From contig JAHQWW010000001.1 of assembly GCA_029856365.1 (NCBI GenBank), positions 1-64,000 on the forward strand: DNA of 64,000 nt, in the 5' to 3' direction. Numbering within the stretch: the stretch's first letter is position 1; each line of letters starts with the position of its first letter. The notes under the pieces were generated by a model. That model had not been told where the DNA came from. It did not search any database and saw nothing but the letters and a program-made list of their open reading frames with translations. The DNA is from Candidatus Hodarchaeota archaeon. Its GTDB lineage: Archaea > Asgardarchaeota > Heimdallarchaeia > Hodarchaeales > Hodarchaeaceae. Shown in pieces: positions 29,235 through 39,733 of this stretch. Position numbers and translations under genes: made by a program.

Positions 29235-31618
29235 TAATCCTCAAATATTTTCTGTTTTAAAGACGCCAACAATTCTGGACGTTGTTGTTGGATTTCTGAC
29301 CATACTTTCTCTGGGGAGAGAGGTAAATCATTAATTTGGACACTTATTGCGTTAAAAATGGCATTCCCTATTGCAGCGGGTACTCCTAGCATTGTTAACT
29401 CCCCTATGCCCCTTGCACCATAAGGCCCATCTTCTTGTGGGTTCTCTATTAGATAGGATACAAATTCTTCTGGAATATCAGCTGCACGAGAGATTACATA
29501 GTCTACTAGATTTGGATTAAGGAGGTTGCCCTCCTCATTGTACTGTAGTTGTTCATTCATTGCAATTGATAATGCCATTACACCTCCTCCTATGATTTGA
29601 CTCTTACACAATTCAGGATTAATTGCTTTCCCAATATCAAACGCAGATACTAAGCGTTTGATGGTAATTTCTCCCGTTAGAGCATTTATCTTTATTTCGA
29701 CCCCTTGAGCTCCAAAAGTTTCAAAAATCGTAGGTTTTCCTGCACCTGTTTCTGGATCTAACATAGTCATTTTTGCTATGTATTTTCCTCTCCCAATAAT
29801 GGGTCCTCCAATTGATTCACCAGTAGGATACATATATCCCATAACTAGTTCAGCCAGACTCAGATGTTTCCATTTTTCGCCTTTTGGGAAGATTAATTCA
29901 TTTTTAAGGATTAAATCTTCTGAAGGGACACGTAAAACTTGACTTGCAATCTCAAAAATTTGTCCTTTTGCATCTTTACAGGCATCTCTGACCGCATTTC
30001 CATCCATGAACAGAGAGCGAGATCCCACAGTTTGCCATGTGTAAGCATCGCGATCAGTGTCACGGTCTCCCATAATTTTAACTTTTTCAATAGGAAGACC
30101 CAGTTCTTCAGCTGCTATTTGGGCAAGACTTGTAATAGTCCCTTGGCCCATCTCTGATGTTCCAACAGAGACTAAAATTCCCCCATCTTCACTAAATTTA
30201 ACATAAGCCGAAGAAGCACTATTTGGAGGTTGAGCAGGACCTTTCATAAAGCCTGCAATTCCAATTCCCCTAAAAAACCATGGTTTTTCAGGAGATGTTT
30301 TAGATAAATTCTCCCTTAGGTCGATCCAAACTTTGTCTAAACATTGATCGATACTTCCTGCATCCTCTCTAAGACGGTCTTGGTTAGCGGTCACTGATTT
30401 ACCAGGTTTTAATGTATTGGACTTCCGAAATACAACTGGATCCATACCAATCTTGTTTGCAGTAAAATCACGTTGTCGTTCAATAACCCAGTGCAATTCC
30501 ATATGGCCAAACCCACGAAATGCGGTCGCATAAGGTTTGTTTGTATAAATAGTGTAAGAATCGGACTTGATATTGTCAATGTCGTAAGGTCCAATAGACA
30601 CATATCCAGCTGCTCGACCTACATTGACAGCATAATCAGCAAATGCTCCCGAATCCCAGATATATTCGATTTCTTCTGCAGTGATTCGACCATCTGACGT
30701 TACACCCGTTTTAATATGAGCCATCATCCCTACGCGAATAGGAGCACTTCTAAAATTTTCTTCACGAGTCAATCGAAGTTTTATTGGTCTATTACCTGCT
30801 TTACGTGAGAGTAAAACTACTAAAGGTTCGAAATTAAGGCCTGCTTTTCCCCCAAATCCTCCACCTATATAAGGAGTATAGACTGTGATATTTGAAATCG
30901 GTACAGCAAATGTCACTCCCAGAAGATATCTTACAGTAAAAGGTGATTGTGCGGATGACCACACTTCAATAGTTCCATCAGAACAATAATGACCAATAGA
31001 AACTATTGGTTCCAAATAGGCATGAGCTACTTGAGGCATTCTGAAAGTATTTTCAATAACTAAGTCAGCTTTAGAAAAACCATCTTTAATATTTCCTTTC
31101 CGTAATTTAAATAGATTTGCTATATTGGTACCAGGAACAGGATTAAAAGCAGACGAGTGTCCATACTCTGCCATCTTCTCGTGGACAAGAATCTCATTTG
31201 AATCTTTAGCAGCCACAGGATCAAGAATTGCTGGAAGTATCTCATATTCGATCTCAATTGCCTCCAATGCTCGTTCAGCAATCTCCTCAGTTTGAGCTGC
31301 GACTGCAACTACTGGTTGACCGATCCAAACTACCTTTTCTACAGCTAAAATGTCACGATCTCCTGCATATAATCCTATTTTTACGGGCCAATCCTTACCT
31401 GTTGCGATTGCTGCGACTCCAGGAATTTTTTCTGCACTTGAAGTATCAATAGAGACAATTCGGGCGTGAGCATGGGGTGAAGTTAGAAATTTACAGAACA
31501 GCATGTCTGGAATATTGTCTATATCAAAAGCATAAACAGCAGCACCTGATACTTTGTCAAAAGCATCTTTTCGAGGAATTGATTTTCCAATGTAATTAGT
31601 CATGAAAATATTCACCAC
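29234..31618 (-). CDS. Xanthine dehydrogenase/aldehyde oxidoreductase family molybdopterin-binding large subunit
   Basis: SPHAHA, GGGFGGK, AFRGFG, EMGQG, TVGSRS, GARGIGE. Confidence 0.92.
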   Translation of the reverse strand: MVNIFMTNYIGKSIPRKDAFDKVSGAAVYAFDIDNIPDMLFCKFLTSPHAHARIVSIDTSSAEKIPGVAAIATGKDWPVKIGLYAGDRDILAVEKVVWIGQPVVAVAAQTEEIAERALEAIEIEYEILPAILDPVAAKDSNEILVHEKMAEYGHSSAFNPVPGTNIANLFKLRKGNIKDGFSKADLVIENTFRMPQVAHAYLEPIVSIGHYCSDGTIEVWSSAQSPFTVRYLLGVTFAVPISNITVYTPYIGGGFGGKAGLNFEPLVVLLSRKAGNRPIKLRLTREENFRSAPIRVGMMAHIKTGVTSDGRITAEEIEYIWDSGAFADYAVNVGRAAGYVSIGPYDIDNIKSDSYTIYTNKPYATAFRGFGHMELHWVIERQRDFTANKIGMDPVVFRKSNTLKPGKSVTANQDRLREDAGSIDQCLDKVWIDLRENLSKTSPEKPWFFRGIGIAGFMKGPAQPPNSASSAYVKFSEDGGILVSVGTSEMGQGTITSLAQIAAEELGLPIEKVKIMGDRDTDRDAYTWQTVGSRSLFMDGNAVRDACKDAKGQIFEIASQVLRVPSEDLILKNELIFPKGEKWKHLSLAELVMGYMYPTGESIGGPIIGRGKYIAKMTMLDPETGAGKPTIFETFGAQGVEIKINALTGEITIKRLVSAFDIGKAINPELCKSQIIGGGVMALSIAMNEQLQYNEEGNLLNPNLVDYVISRAADIPEEFVSYLIENPQEDGPYGARGIGELTMLGVPAAIGNAIFNAISVQINDLPLSPEKVWSEIQQQRPELLASLKQKIFED

Positions 31619-31636
31619 ATTTTTAGATTCTCTTTA

Positions 31637-31939
31637 TCATCCTCCCCCAACAATCTCAAGAAATCCAAGACGATCGACAGTGACACGATCTTTTGTGCTG
31701 AGTCTCAAGTCTAATACAGACTTGGATCTATCAACAATATGGCCATTTACTAAGAGAACAGTGCCGTGGTTCAATTTATTATTCTTAAGAAGCAGTGATT
31801 CAAGCGATGGATCTTTTTGGACTAATGCATGAATAACTTTACGAATTGTAGGTACTTCTAAGAATTCAAATTCGACATTGGATCCCAAATTCGCTCCAAG
31901 TCGTCCGAATAATCTCACTTGTAATTTCATCATAAGCAT
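31637..31939 (-). CDS. MoaD/ThiS/SAMP-family ubiquitin-like sulfur carrier
   Basis: Beta-grasp pattern (VRLFG...VLLVNG) and C-terminal GG; heads the Mo-enzyme operon. Confidence 0.8.
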   Translation of the reverse strand: MLMMKLQVRLFGRLGANLGSNVEFEFLEVPTIRKVIHALVQKDPSLESLLLKNNKLNHGTVLLVNGHIVDRSKSVLDLRLSTKDRVTVDRLGFLEIVGGG

Positions 31940-32021
31940 TGTATCCTGTTCTGAAGATCATTGAAAAGTATTCTTCCACAATCTGTGATGAAGTTTAAAT
32001 AGATGAACAAAGACAAGAAGG

Positions 32022-33419
32022 ATGATGTCCCGACGAGAAGTTAAAAAAGAATTGATGAAGTTTGTGCGAAGAGAGGTGAAAGAGAAAGGTACCGAATGGG
32101 GCGAATTACGTCGCATAAAAAGACAAATTGTCATCAAAAAAGGATTACCAAATGTACCGAGTCTTGTTCTGAAGAGTGATTCAGGATTATCATATATAGC
32201 GCTAATTCATTCCAAAAAAGAGTTGCGATTGTATCTCTTTGATATCGAGGGGAAGATTATTCATGGTCAATCATATTTCCAAGTCCATCATAACCTAGAA
32301 GATGTCTATAAGGATATCTGTGCTAAATCAAAAAAAGTAGCCCGATATCCTCCAGCTGAAAAGTCTGTAACTCGTGCTCAACAAGACTATCAGCTAGATA
32401 GACGTTTTCAACGACTTTGGGTTAAATTAGCAAAAAAGCTAATGATTTCTAAGAGTCACCGTCGAAAACGGCCATTAATAAAAGGAATAAACAAGGAAGC
32501 TAAAGGAATTTTTGGTACTCTACCAGGAAAAGACTTTATTCAAGTTCCTTATCAAAGTCCACATTTGGGAAATATTTTTGCTTATTACTCAATTTATTAT
32601 TTTCTTCCTTCTCCAATTCGACAGAATGAGGATCTAGCAGAAGCACTCGCGTTAAAAATTCTTATATCGTTCAAAAAATATAAAAATACACCAATAATGC
32701 AAAATCGAAATTCATTTGAAATTCTAAACAAATTGGATCCATGGAATACATTGGAGCTCACTGATCTCTTTAATATACTATATAAAGTTTCATTATATTA
32801 TGATTTTCCATGGAAAACACAAGACTTTATTATATTTATTAATCTCCCATTAAATCTTGTTAAGATGTCCTCACGACATTTTTTACCCAATTTATTTGGT
32901 CAATTATTCTCTAATAGCCAGAATATGAATTTTCTTACGTTAGCATGTTTTCTTGGCATCCCTTTTGACCTCAATTACCATATTCCCCCAGAAATCTCAA
33001 ATAAAGTCTCTATTTTGTTATGTAATTGGTTAAAAACGTGGCAATTTTCTAAAATCCTTCCTGTATTGCAGCAAAAACGGATACAATTTTCTCCAGGGCA
33101 AATAAAAGCAATTGAAGAAGCTCTTCATTTTCAGTATTCTAATGTTTTGCATATTGATCTCAATAAAAATGGAGTATTTAAGGTTAAAAATAAATCAGAT
33201 ATTCGTATCATTTTAACATCTGTTGTTGAAATTCTACCAGATGGAATCGAAACCGAAATCACATTTCAACCAGTGACTCTTAATGCAAATTCTACAATCT
33301 CCTTCGATTTAAACTCCTTAAATGTTAAAGATAAATTTCCTTTACGTATCCAATATTCGCTTGTTAATTCACCAGAAGACATTTCACGTCCAATTTTTAT
33401 TGGAACTCTTGTCATTTAG
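32022..33419 (+). CDS. Hypothetical basic protein
   Basis: 465-aa ORF, no recognised motif. Confidence 0.6.
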   Translation: MMSRREVKKELMKFVRREVKEKGTEWGELRRIKRQIVIKKGLPNVPSLVLKSDSGLSYIALIHSKKELRLYLFDIEGKIIHGQSYFQVHHNLEDVYKDICAKSKKVARYPPAEKSVTRAQQDYQLDRRFQRLWVKLAKKLMISKSHRRKRPLIKGINKEAKGIFGTLPGKDFIQVPYQSPHLGNIFAYYSIYYFLPSPIRQNEDLAEALALKILISFKKYKNTPIMQNRNSFEILNKLDPWNTLELTDLFNILYKVSLYYDFPWKTQDFIIFINLPLNLVKMSSRHFLPNLFGQLFSNSQNMNFLTLACFLGIPFDLNYHIPPEISNKVSILLCNWLKTWQFSKILPVLQQKRIQFSPGQIKAIEEALHFQYSNVLHIDLNKNGVFKVKNKSDIRIILTSVVEILPDGIETEITFQPVTLNANSTISFDLNSLNVKDKFPLRIQYSLVNSPEDISRPIFIGTLVI

Positions 33420-33602
33420 GTCAAATTGACACCATCCTAGGAATAAAAATATGTTTATATTTATTCAACGAATTTTAAAGAATATAATTACTTCAACAAA
33501 CGGCTTTTGGAATTTTTTGCGATCTTTTTAACCCCTCTCTTAACGAAACCACTGTTATTTTTCTCATCCCACCACTTTCAGGGTTTAGCTGACAATCTCT
33601 TT

Positions 33603-34121
33603 TTAGGCGAATCGTTTTTCCCATTCTTGTCTAAGAATTATTCTCTTAACATCTGTCAAGTGATCTGTTGCGAGGATGCCCTGTAAGTGATCTGTTTCAT
33701 GTTGAATCAACTCTGACATATCCTTCTCGAACTCCTTCTCCATTCTTTCTCCTTTTTCATCCTGATACTTAATTTTTATTTTCTTATGACGTAAAATTTC
33801 TACAAAAAAAGCGACATCAAAACTGAAACAACTATCCCATACCCAAAATTTTTCTTCACTTTTCAAGGTTATTCTTGGATTTACCATTATAAAGGGTTTT
33901 TCTGGTAAGCCGTAATAAATAACCTTTTTCATATATCCTATTTGAGGAGCAGCTAGAGCTCTACCAATTTCCTTAGTTCCTTGAAGATGTGTAAGAGTAT
34001 CCTTCAAATCTTGTATTATTTTTGTGAGATTTTCTCCAAAATCAGATACATCAGAAGATTGTTCTCTGAGTTTTGGATTTCCAATCATCAAAACCTCTTT
34101 TATTGCCAAATGAACCACCAA
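33603..34121 (-). CDS. Peptide deformylase-like protein with variant motifs
   Basis: GRALAAPQIG, DSCFS (for EGCLS), QHETDHLQG. Confidence 0.85.
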   Translation of the reverse strand: MVVHLAIKEVLMIGNPKLREQSSDVSDFGENLTKIIQDLKDTLTHLQGTKEIGRALAAPQIGYMKKVIYYGLPEKPFIMVNPRITLKSEEKFWVWDSCFSFDVAFFVEILRHKKIKIKYQDEKGERMEKEFEKDMSELIQHETDHLQGILATDHLTDVKRIILRQEWEKRFA

Positions 34122-34152
34122 TCAATACATAATCATGTTTTGAATCCTTTTT

Positions 34153-35016
34153 TTAATTCCTTTTTGAATCTAAGAGCTCCATTAGTTTATCTAGTTTCAC
34201 GTCTCTCAAGTAAAGTGGATCTTTATTTTTTTTATATATTGGTAGATTTTCTTCAAAAGTAAGTTTTGTAGTAGTATAAAAAATACCTAGGGGAATTTTC
34301 CCTTTCTCTGTTGCTCGTTTGAAAGCTTCTACTTTATTATTGGGGTCATATGAGTCTTCTAAGTAGTAAATGTTCTCTTTGAACCATTTCCAAGTGTTTA
34401 TCTTATTAAATGTTACACATGGTTGTAAAATATCAACAAATGAATACCCCTTATGAATAATTGCCGCTTTAATGATTTCTTTTGTTTGTTCTTGATCTCC
34501 TACAAAAACTCTAGCAACAAATGCTGCATCAAGAGCTATTGCTAATGTAATTGGATTAAATGGTTCGTTTGTGACTCCTTGGACTTGAACGGGGGTAATA
34601 AAACCATATTGACTTGTGGGAGAGGCTTGACCTTTAGTAAGACCATAAACCATATTGTCATGTGCAAGGTGGATGATATCAGGATTTCGAAGGATATTGT
34701 GAATGAAGTGGTTACCTCCTTCTCCAAAGGAACATCCGTCTCCAGTTTCGACAATTACTTTAAGATTAGGGTTTACAGCTTTGATTGCAAATGCAGCAGC
34801 TACTGCTCGTCCATGAAGACCATTATATATGTTTGTTCTAAGGTAATGAGGAGTTTTCGCTGCTTGTCCAATACCTGAAACCATTACCAATTCTTCTGGT
34901 TTAATATTCAGCTCTGTTAGTGCTGTTTTTACTATACGTAGAATTCCAAAGTTTCCACATCCAAGACACCATGCAATATCAGTATCTTTAGGCATATCAA
35001 ACAATTCTGTTGTCAT
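34153..35016 (-). CDS. 2-oxoacid:ferredoxin oxidoreductase beta subunit
   Basis: WCLGCG, SGIGQ, LHGR, TPP motif GDG...[19 protein letters not shown]. Confidence 0.92.
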   Translation of the reverse strand: MTTELFDMPKDTDIAWCLGCGNFGILRIVKTALTELNIKPEELVMVSGIGQAAKTPHYLRTNIYNGLHGRAVAAAFAIKAVNPNLKVIVETGDGCSFGEGGNHFIHNILRNPDIIHLAHDNMVYGLTKGQASPTSQYGFITPVQVQGVTNEPFNPITLAIALDAAFVARVFVGDQEQTKEIIKAAIIHKGYSFVDILQPCVTFNKINTWKWFKENIYYLEDSYDPNNKVEAFKRATEKGKIPLGIFYTTTKLTFEENLPIYKKNKDPLYLRDVKLDKLMELLDSKRN

Positions 35017-35027
35017 TCTACAAACCC

Positions 35028-36746
35028 CTAAATTTTGTCAAGATAAGCTATAACTTCCTCTGCAGAGAAAGGCATACCATTGTATTTGAGAAATTTCTCA
35101 TTTATATCAAGATCAAGTTCTAATTTGAGTACTTTACCAAATTGTGATGTTGCGTTGTTTTCTAAGATAACTGTTTTCTCTGCTTTCTCTAGAAACTCAC
35201 TAATGTTAGAGTTTAATGGATAGACTTGTGAGAAGTGAAGGAATGCAATGTCATCTTTCCCAAGATTTTCGATGGCTTCCTTAATTACACCATATGTAGA
35301 TCCCCACCCAATCACTAGTATTTTATAATCCTTATTTCCTATTAGTTCAGGTTCTAAAATCTCTTTCCTAAGCAAATTGAGTTTTTTGTAGAGTCTTTTT
35401 TCAACCATCTTTGGTCTAGTTTCATGAACATCTTCAGTGATGTGGCCATCTTCATCATGCTCGTCACTGTCAACATTTACGAGTCCATCGCCATAACCTG
35501 GAATACCTCGGGGGGATATTCCGTCATCAGTAAGCCGATAGCGTTTGTAGTCTCGATTTGTTTTCACAATATACTTATCGTTCTTTATGCTGGATAAATC
35601 TAAATCTGGGATGGAATAGTGTGAATCAAGGAAAAATTGGTCTGTTAATATGAAGACTGGGATTTGATATTTATCTGCAAGATTGAATGCTTTTTGTGTT
35701 AAATAGAAAGCATCTTCAGGTGTTCCAGGTGCTAAAATGACTCTTGCAAATTCTCCGTGCCCTGCATTTAAAACATGCTGTAAATCTTCCTGACCAGTTC
35801 TTGTGGGTAATCCTGTTGCTGGGCCAGGGCGTTGGCCGATGTGTAGAACCATAGGTATTTCAAGCATACCCGATAATGACACTCCTTCGGTCATTAATGC
35901 AAAACCTCCTCCAGATGTTGTTATCATTGCCCTTCCACCAGCATACCACGCGGCAATACCTTTATTGATGGCTGCTATTTCATCTTCGGCCTGATCAACT
36001 ACTATGTCAAAATTCTTCGCATAATGAGATAAAAACACAAGAACACTTGTGCTTGGTGACATTGGATACGAACTAATAAAATTACATCCTCCTGCAATCG
36101 CCCCCATTCCAATAGCTTCAGCACCACTCAGAATAATGTCATTAAGTACTGAATTATCCTTCTGGAGTGTATTTCTAAACTTTCTAGAATTAACTAGCTC
36201 ATTCCCGATTGAATATCCTCTTTTACATGCCTGAATATTCTGTTCGACTATTTTACTTCCTTTTAAAGTAAACATTTCAATCAGATATGTTTGTGATATC
36301 TCTTCTTTAACTTCAAAAAATGCTAAAAAGACTCCAACCGCAACAATGTTAGTATAGATAACTCCACCTACTTCTTTCGCAATTTCGGAGAATGGTACTT
36401 TAATTATCTGTTCTCGGTTATCACAATATTGTTCATCTATATTCTTTTCTTCTCCCAGAATAATGGTTTTTGATGTTATTCTGTGTTTAAGGTGTGGTAA
36501 AGCCGAAAAATGAAGAGGAATTAAAATGTCAATGCGATCAACGAATGTAGGGTTAATTCTATTAGACGAAACTCGTATTAAGGTTGAATTTGTGCCTCCT
36601 CGTATTCGTGACATGAATTCACTAGTACTATAACAGTGATATCCAGCCTGTTTCAGAATACCAGTAAGTAAATCTTCTACTGTGGCAATACCTTGGCCTG
36701 CTGCACCACAAATTACAATGGCAATATCATTCAATCTCCTAACCAT
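35028..36746 (-). CDS. 2-oxoacid:ferredoxin oxidoreductase alpha subunit (gamma-alpha fused)
   Basis: [44 protein letters not shown]. Confidence 0.92.
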   Translation of the reverse strand: MVRRLNDIAIVICGAAGQGIATVEDLLTGILKQAGYHCYSTSEFMSRIRGGTNSTLIRVSSNRINPTFVDRIDILIPLHFSALPHLKHRITSKTIILGEEKNIDEQYCDNREQIIKVPFSEIAKEVGGVIYTNIVAVGVFLAFFEVKEEISQTYLIEMFTLKGSKIVEQNIQACKRGYSIGNELVNSRKFRNTLQKDNSVLNDIILSGAEAIGMGAIAGGCNFISSYPMSPSTSVLVFLSHYAKNFDIVVDQAEDEIAAINKGIAAWYAGGRAMITTSGGGFALMTEGVSLSGMLEIPMVLHIGQRPGPATGLPTRTGQEDLQHVLNAGHGEFARVILAPGTPEDAFYLTQKAFNLADKYQIPVFILTDQFFLDSHYSIPDLDLSSIKNDKYIVKTNRDYKRYRLTDDGISPRGIPGYGDGLVNVDSDEHDEDGHITEDVHETRPKMVEKRLYKKLNLLRKEILEPELIGNKDYKILVIGWGSTYGVIKEAIENLGKDDIAFLHFSQVYPLNSNISEFLEKAEKTVILENNATSQFGKVLKLELDLDINEKFLKYNGMPFSAEEVIAYLDKI

Positions 36747-36849
36747 CCAATCACTTATGTAATCATGTTTTTCTCAGCAATTACGTCATTAACTACTACT
36801 AATAATATTTTTTTTTACTTGTTCTTTAATCCTTTAATGGTACGTTTAT

Positions 36850-37151
36850 CGAAATCATTAAAAATTGGTAATCTGATCACATATAATAATATACTCCGAG
36901 ATGACCTTAACATTATTATTTGGATATATTCATTCAATAATGCCAGAATATTACGCTTTTCTTTCTTTACATTTGGTTACAATAAATATATCTCCAAATG
37001 GTCTTAGCTCACCAATAACAAATTTTAGTAAACTAATATTGCCTTTTTTGGATAATAACTTCTCCTGATAATTATTTAATTGAGAATTAAGTGAATTTTT
37101 ATATCTGGAAGATTCTTCGCCAGCAAGAAGGATTATTGCTACTTTTCTCAT
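36850..37151 (-). pseudogene. Decayed MobA/NTP-transferase-like gene
   Basis: MRKVAIILLAGEESSR resembles the ILAGGxSxR motif. The frame is broken by TAA (36951-36953) and by a TGA six codons later, yet reads on as protein-like sequence (YSGIIE*IYPNNNVKVISE). 3' boundary approximate. Confidence 0.55.
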
Positions 37152-37204
37152 TTTATTCTGGCTAAAAAAAACGATTAATACCTTGATTGAAGAAGCTATT
37201 TTTA

Positions 37205-37891
37205 TTAGGAAAATTGATCCAAATACCGCTTAATGAAATGTTTGACATTCTTTTTTCCCTTAGTAATGCCAAAATGACCTTCACATAAGTAATCAGGCTG
37301 TAGATCAAGAATTTTTTCCATGGATTGCCGCCATTGACCAATGTCTGATTTGAATTCTGGCATAAATGGACCATGAATATCCTGACCAAATAAAACACGT
37401 TCTTTAGGAGTAGTTAACAATCCCACAACACTCCCTGGGGTATGTCCTGGCGTTAAAATAATATCAAAGACACCACCTGAAAGTTCAATAGTATAGGTTT
37501 GTGTAATCTTAATGTCAATATCTACAGAATGAAGCTCAGTTCGATACCATTTCGCAGCAGACAATACAGCATCTTCATTTTCGATCACCTTGGCTGCATA
37601 GGCATGAGCAATGATTTTCGCTTGTGGTAAATACCCTTTAATATTTTTTAAGCCACCAACATGATCGATATGAGCATGTGTGACTAAAATGTACTCAACT
37701 TGAGTAGGATTCACAATAGCTTTTATGTTGTCAATAATTGCTTTAATGGACTCTTTACTTCCCGTCCCAGCGTCGACAAGAATAGAAGCATTAAAATCAG
37801 AAACCAAATAAACACAGCAATCATTTGGAAAAGAAAGTCGCTCACTTCCGACCAAATGGATGGTTATTTTATCGAGCTGAATTTTGATCAT
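37205..37891 (-). CDS. Metallo-beta-lactamase-fold hydrolase
   Basis: LVDAG, THAHIDH, TPGHTPGS, LFGQD, EGH. Confidence 0.9.
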   Translation of the reverse strand: MIKIQLDKITIHLVGSERLSFPNDCCVYLVSDFNASILVDAGTGSKESIKAIIDNIKAIVNPTQVEYILVTHAHIDHVGGLKNIKGYLPQAKIIAHAYAAKVIENEDAVLSAAKWYRTELHSVDIDIKITQTYTIELSGGVFDIILTPGHTPGSVVGLLTTPKERVLFGQDIHGPFMPEFKSDIGQWRQSMEKILDLQPDYLCEGHFGITKGKKNVKHFIKRYLDQFS

Positions 37892-37992
37892 CTGATCACA
37901 TCTTTTGACGACAGGAATCTCTTAAATTTGGGAAGATTATTATAATCAATGATTTGACCAATTTGATGTTGAATTTTAGATAAACAAGTAAG

Positions 37993-38394
37993 GTGATTTT
38001 AACCGTGGGAACTCACGCAGTCATCAGTGTTATGGAGGAAACCTTTGGTGGGATAAAATTACCTGGCACCTGCATTTCTCTTGTAGATTCTGATGGTTTG
38101 GTGATTCACAATGAAGGTGAGTGTGATGATTTACTGATACTAGAAAGTCTGAATGCTCACCTAATTACTTCCTTCGAAAATACTTTATCGCAACTAATAT
38201 CTTTAAATCAAATCCTCGACTCTGTTGTGCTTAACACAGGTGAAACTGTTTACTACATTGATGATCTAACTGGGGGAACAGGATTGTATCTCATAATTAG
38301 GACAAGTCACAAATTGATGAACAAGGTGATGCCTTTTTTAAAAAGTATTACTGAAACTATTGAGAAAGCATTACAAGCCATGTCTCAGGGATAG
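37993..38394 (+). CDS. Roadblock/LC7 (MglB)-like protein
   Basis: ISLVDSDGLVIH beta-hairpin, then a helix, three strands and a C-terminal helix; about 120-130 aa. Confidence 0.55.
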   Translation: MILTVGTHAVISVMEETFGGIKLPGTCISLVDSDGLVIHNEGECDDLLILESLNAHLITSFENTLSQLISLNQILDSVVLNTGETVYYIDDLTGGTGLYLIIRTSHKLMNKVMPFLKSITETIEKALQAMSQG

Positions 38395-38627
38395 CCTATT
38401 TTTCATATATTAAAAACCTCAGACATTAATTATTTGTATAAACATTTGTACCATCAACTATCTTCATCTTACTAAATGCTTAGGTTTGTGTTTAAAAAGG
38501 AGTAAAAGATTATTTAAGACTTATCAGGTGTCAAACCAAAAAGTAATTTATTTCCAATGAAGGAGGGTGAGACTGTTTTATAATATGTCTTAAATTGATT
38601 TATCAGTTCCAAAGGAAGATTGATGCT

Positions 38628-39713
38628 ATGAGTAAAATTCGAGTCGCAATTGCAGGTCTGGGTAACTGTGCTTCAGCCTTGATTCAAGGTGTTCATTATT
38701 ATCGCAATGAAAAAGAGGATTCTACTGTCCCTGGATTGATGCATGTTAAATTTGGCGACTACCACGTGCGGGATTTAGAGTTCGTTGCTGCTTTTGAAGT
38801 CAATAAGGATAAAATAGGCAAAAAAATTAGTGATGCGATTTGGGTTCACCCTAACTGTACTCCTAAATTCTCTGATGTTCCTGAAACTGAAAGTATAGTC
38901 TATCCTGGCCCAATCTCTGATGGTGTTCCTCCTCATATGATCAAACCGTTTCATTGTTACGATGAAGCTCAAATGAAACCTATTGATATCATTGAAGTAC
39001 TTCAAGAGACAAAGACTGATATTTTGGTTAATTTTCTTCCTGTTGGAAGCGAAGAGGCTACTAAAATTTATGCAGATGCATGTTTAAAAGCTAATGTGGC
39101 ATTAGCTAATGGAATTCCTACATTTATTGCATCAGACCCCAAGAAAGAGTGGCCGAAGAGATTTGAGGAGAGAGGGATTCCCTGTGCTGGAGATGACATT
39201 AAGTCTCAATTGGGAGCTACAATTTTACATCGGGTATTAGCCCAACTAATGCTTGATCGCGGTATCGAAATTGAAAAAACATTCCAACTCAATGTGGGAG
39301 GTAATACAGACTTCGAGAACATGAAATTCGAATCTCGACTGAAGACTAAACGAATCAGTAAAACTGAAGCAGTAACTAGTATATTGCCTCATGATACGCC
39401 GACTCGGATAGGTCCGTCTGACTTTGTACCCTTTTTAGAGGATCGGAAAATTTGTTATTTATTACTCGAAGGAAGAAAATTTGGTGATCAACCCCTTTCG
39501 ATCGAAGTTAAGTTGAGTGTAATAGACAGTCCAAATTCCGCAGGTGTAATGATAGACGTTATACGTGCACTTAAGACAGCTATAGACCGTAATATTGCTG
39601 GCCCATTAATTTCTATCTCGAGCTACGCGTTTAAGCATCCTCCAGAACAAATTCCTGATTTTGAAGCGCGTGATAGAGTGGAAGCTTTTATTCGTGGTGA
39701 TGTTGATAGATAG
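38628..39713 (+). CDS. ino1: Myo-inositol-1-phosphate synthase
   Basis: GLGNCASALIQG, NFLPVGS, GDDIKSQLGAT, QLNVGGNTDF, DSPNSAG. Confidence 0.93.
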   Translation: MSKIRVAIAGLGNCASALIQGVHYYRNEKEDSTVPGLMHVKFGDYHVRDLEFVAAFEVNKDKIGKKISDAIWVHPNCTPKFSDVPETESIVYPGPISDGVPPHMIKPFHCYDEAQMKPIDIIEVLQETKTDILVNFLPVGSEEATKIYADACLKANVALANGIPTFIASDPKKEWPKRFEERGIPCAGDDIKSQLGATILHRVLAQLMLDRGIEIEKTFQLNVGGNTDFENMKFESRLKTKRISKTEAVTSILPHDTPTRIGPSDFVPFLEDRKICYLLLEGRKFGDQPLSIEVKLSVIDSPNSAGVMIDVIRALKTAIDRNIAGPLISISSYAFKHPPEQIPDFEARDRVEAFIRGDVDR

Positions 39714-39733
39714 TGTTATCATGAGGAGATCAT

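Noticed and set aside
29234-31618. Aerobic CO dehydrogenase (coxL)
   Set aside because: Active-site loop is AFRGFG, not form I AYxCSFR or form II AYxGAGR.
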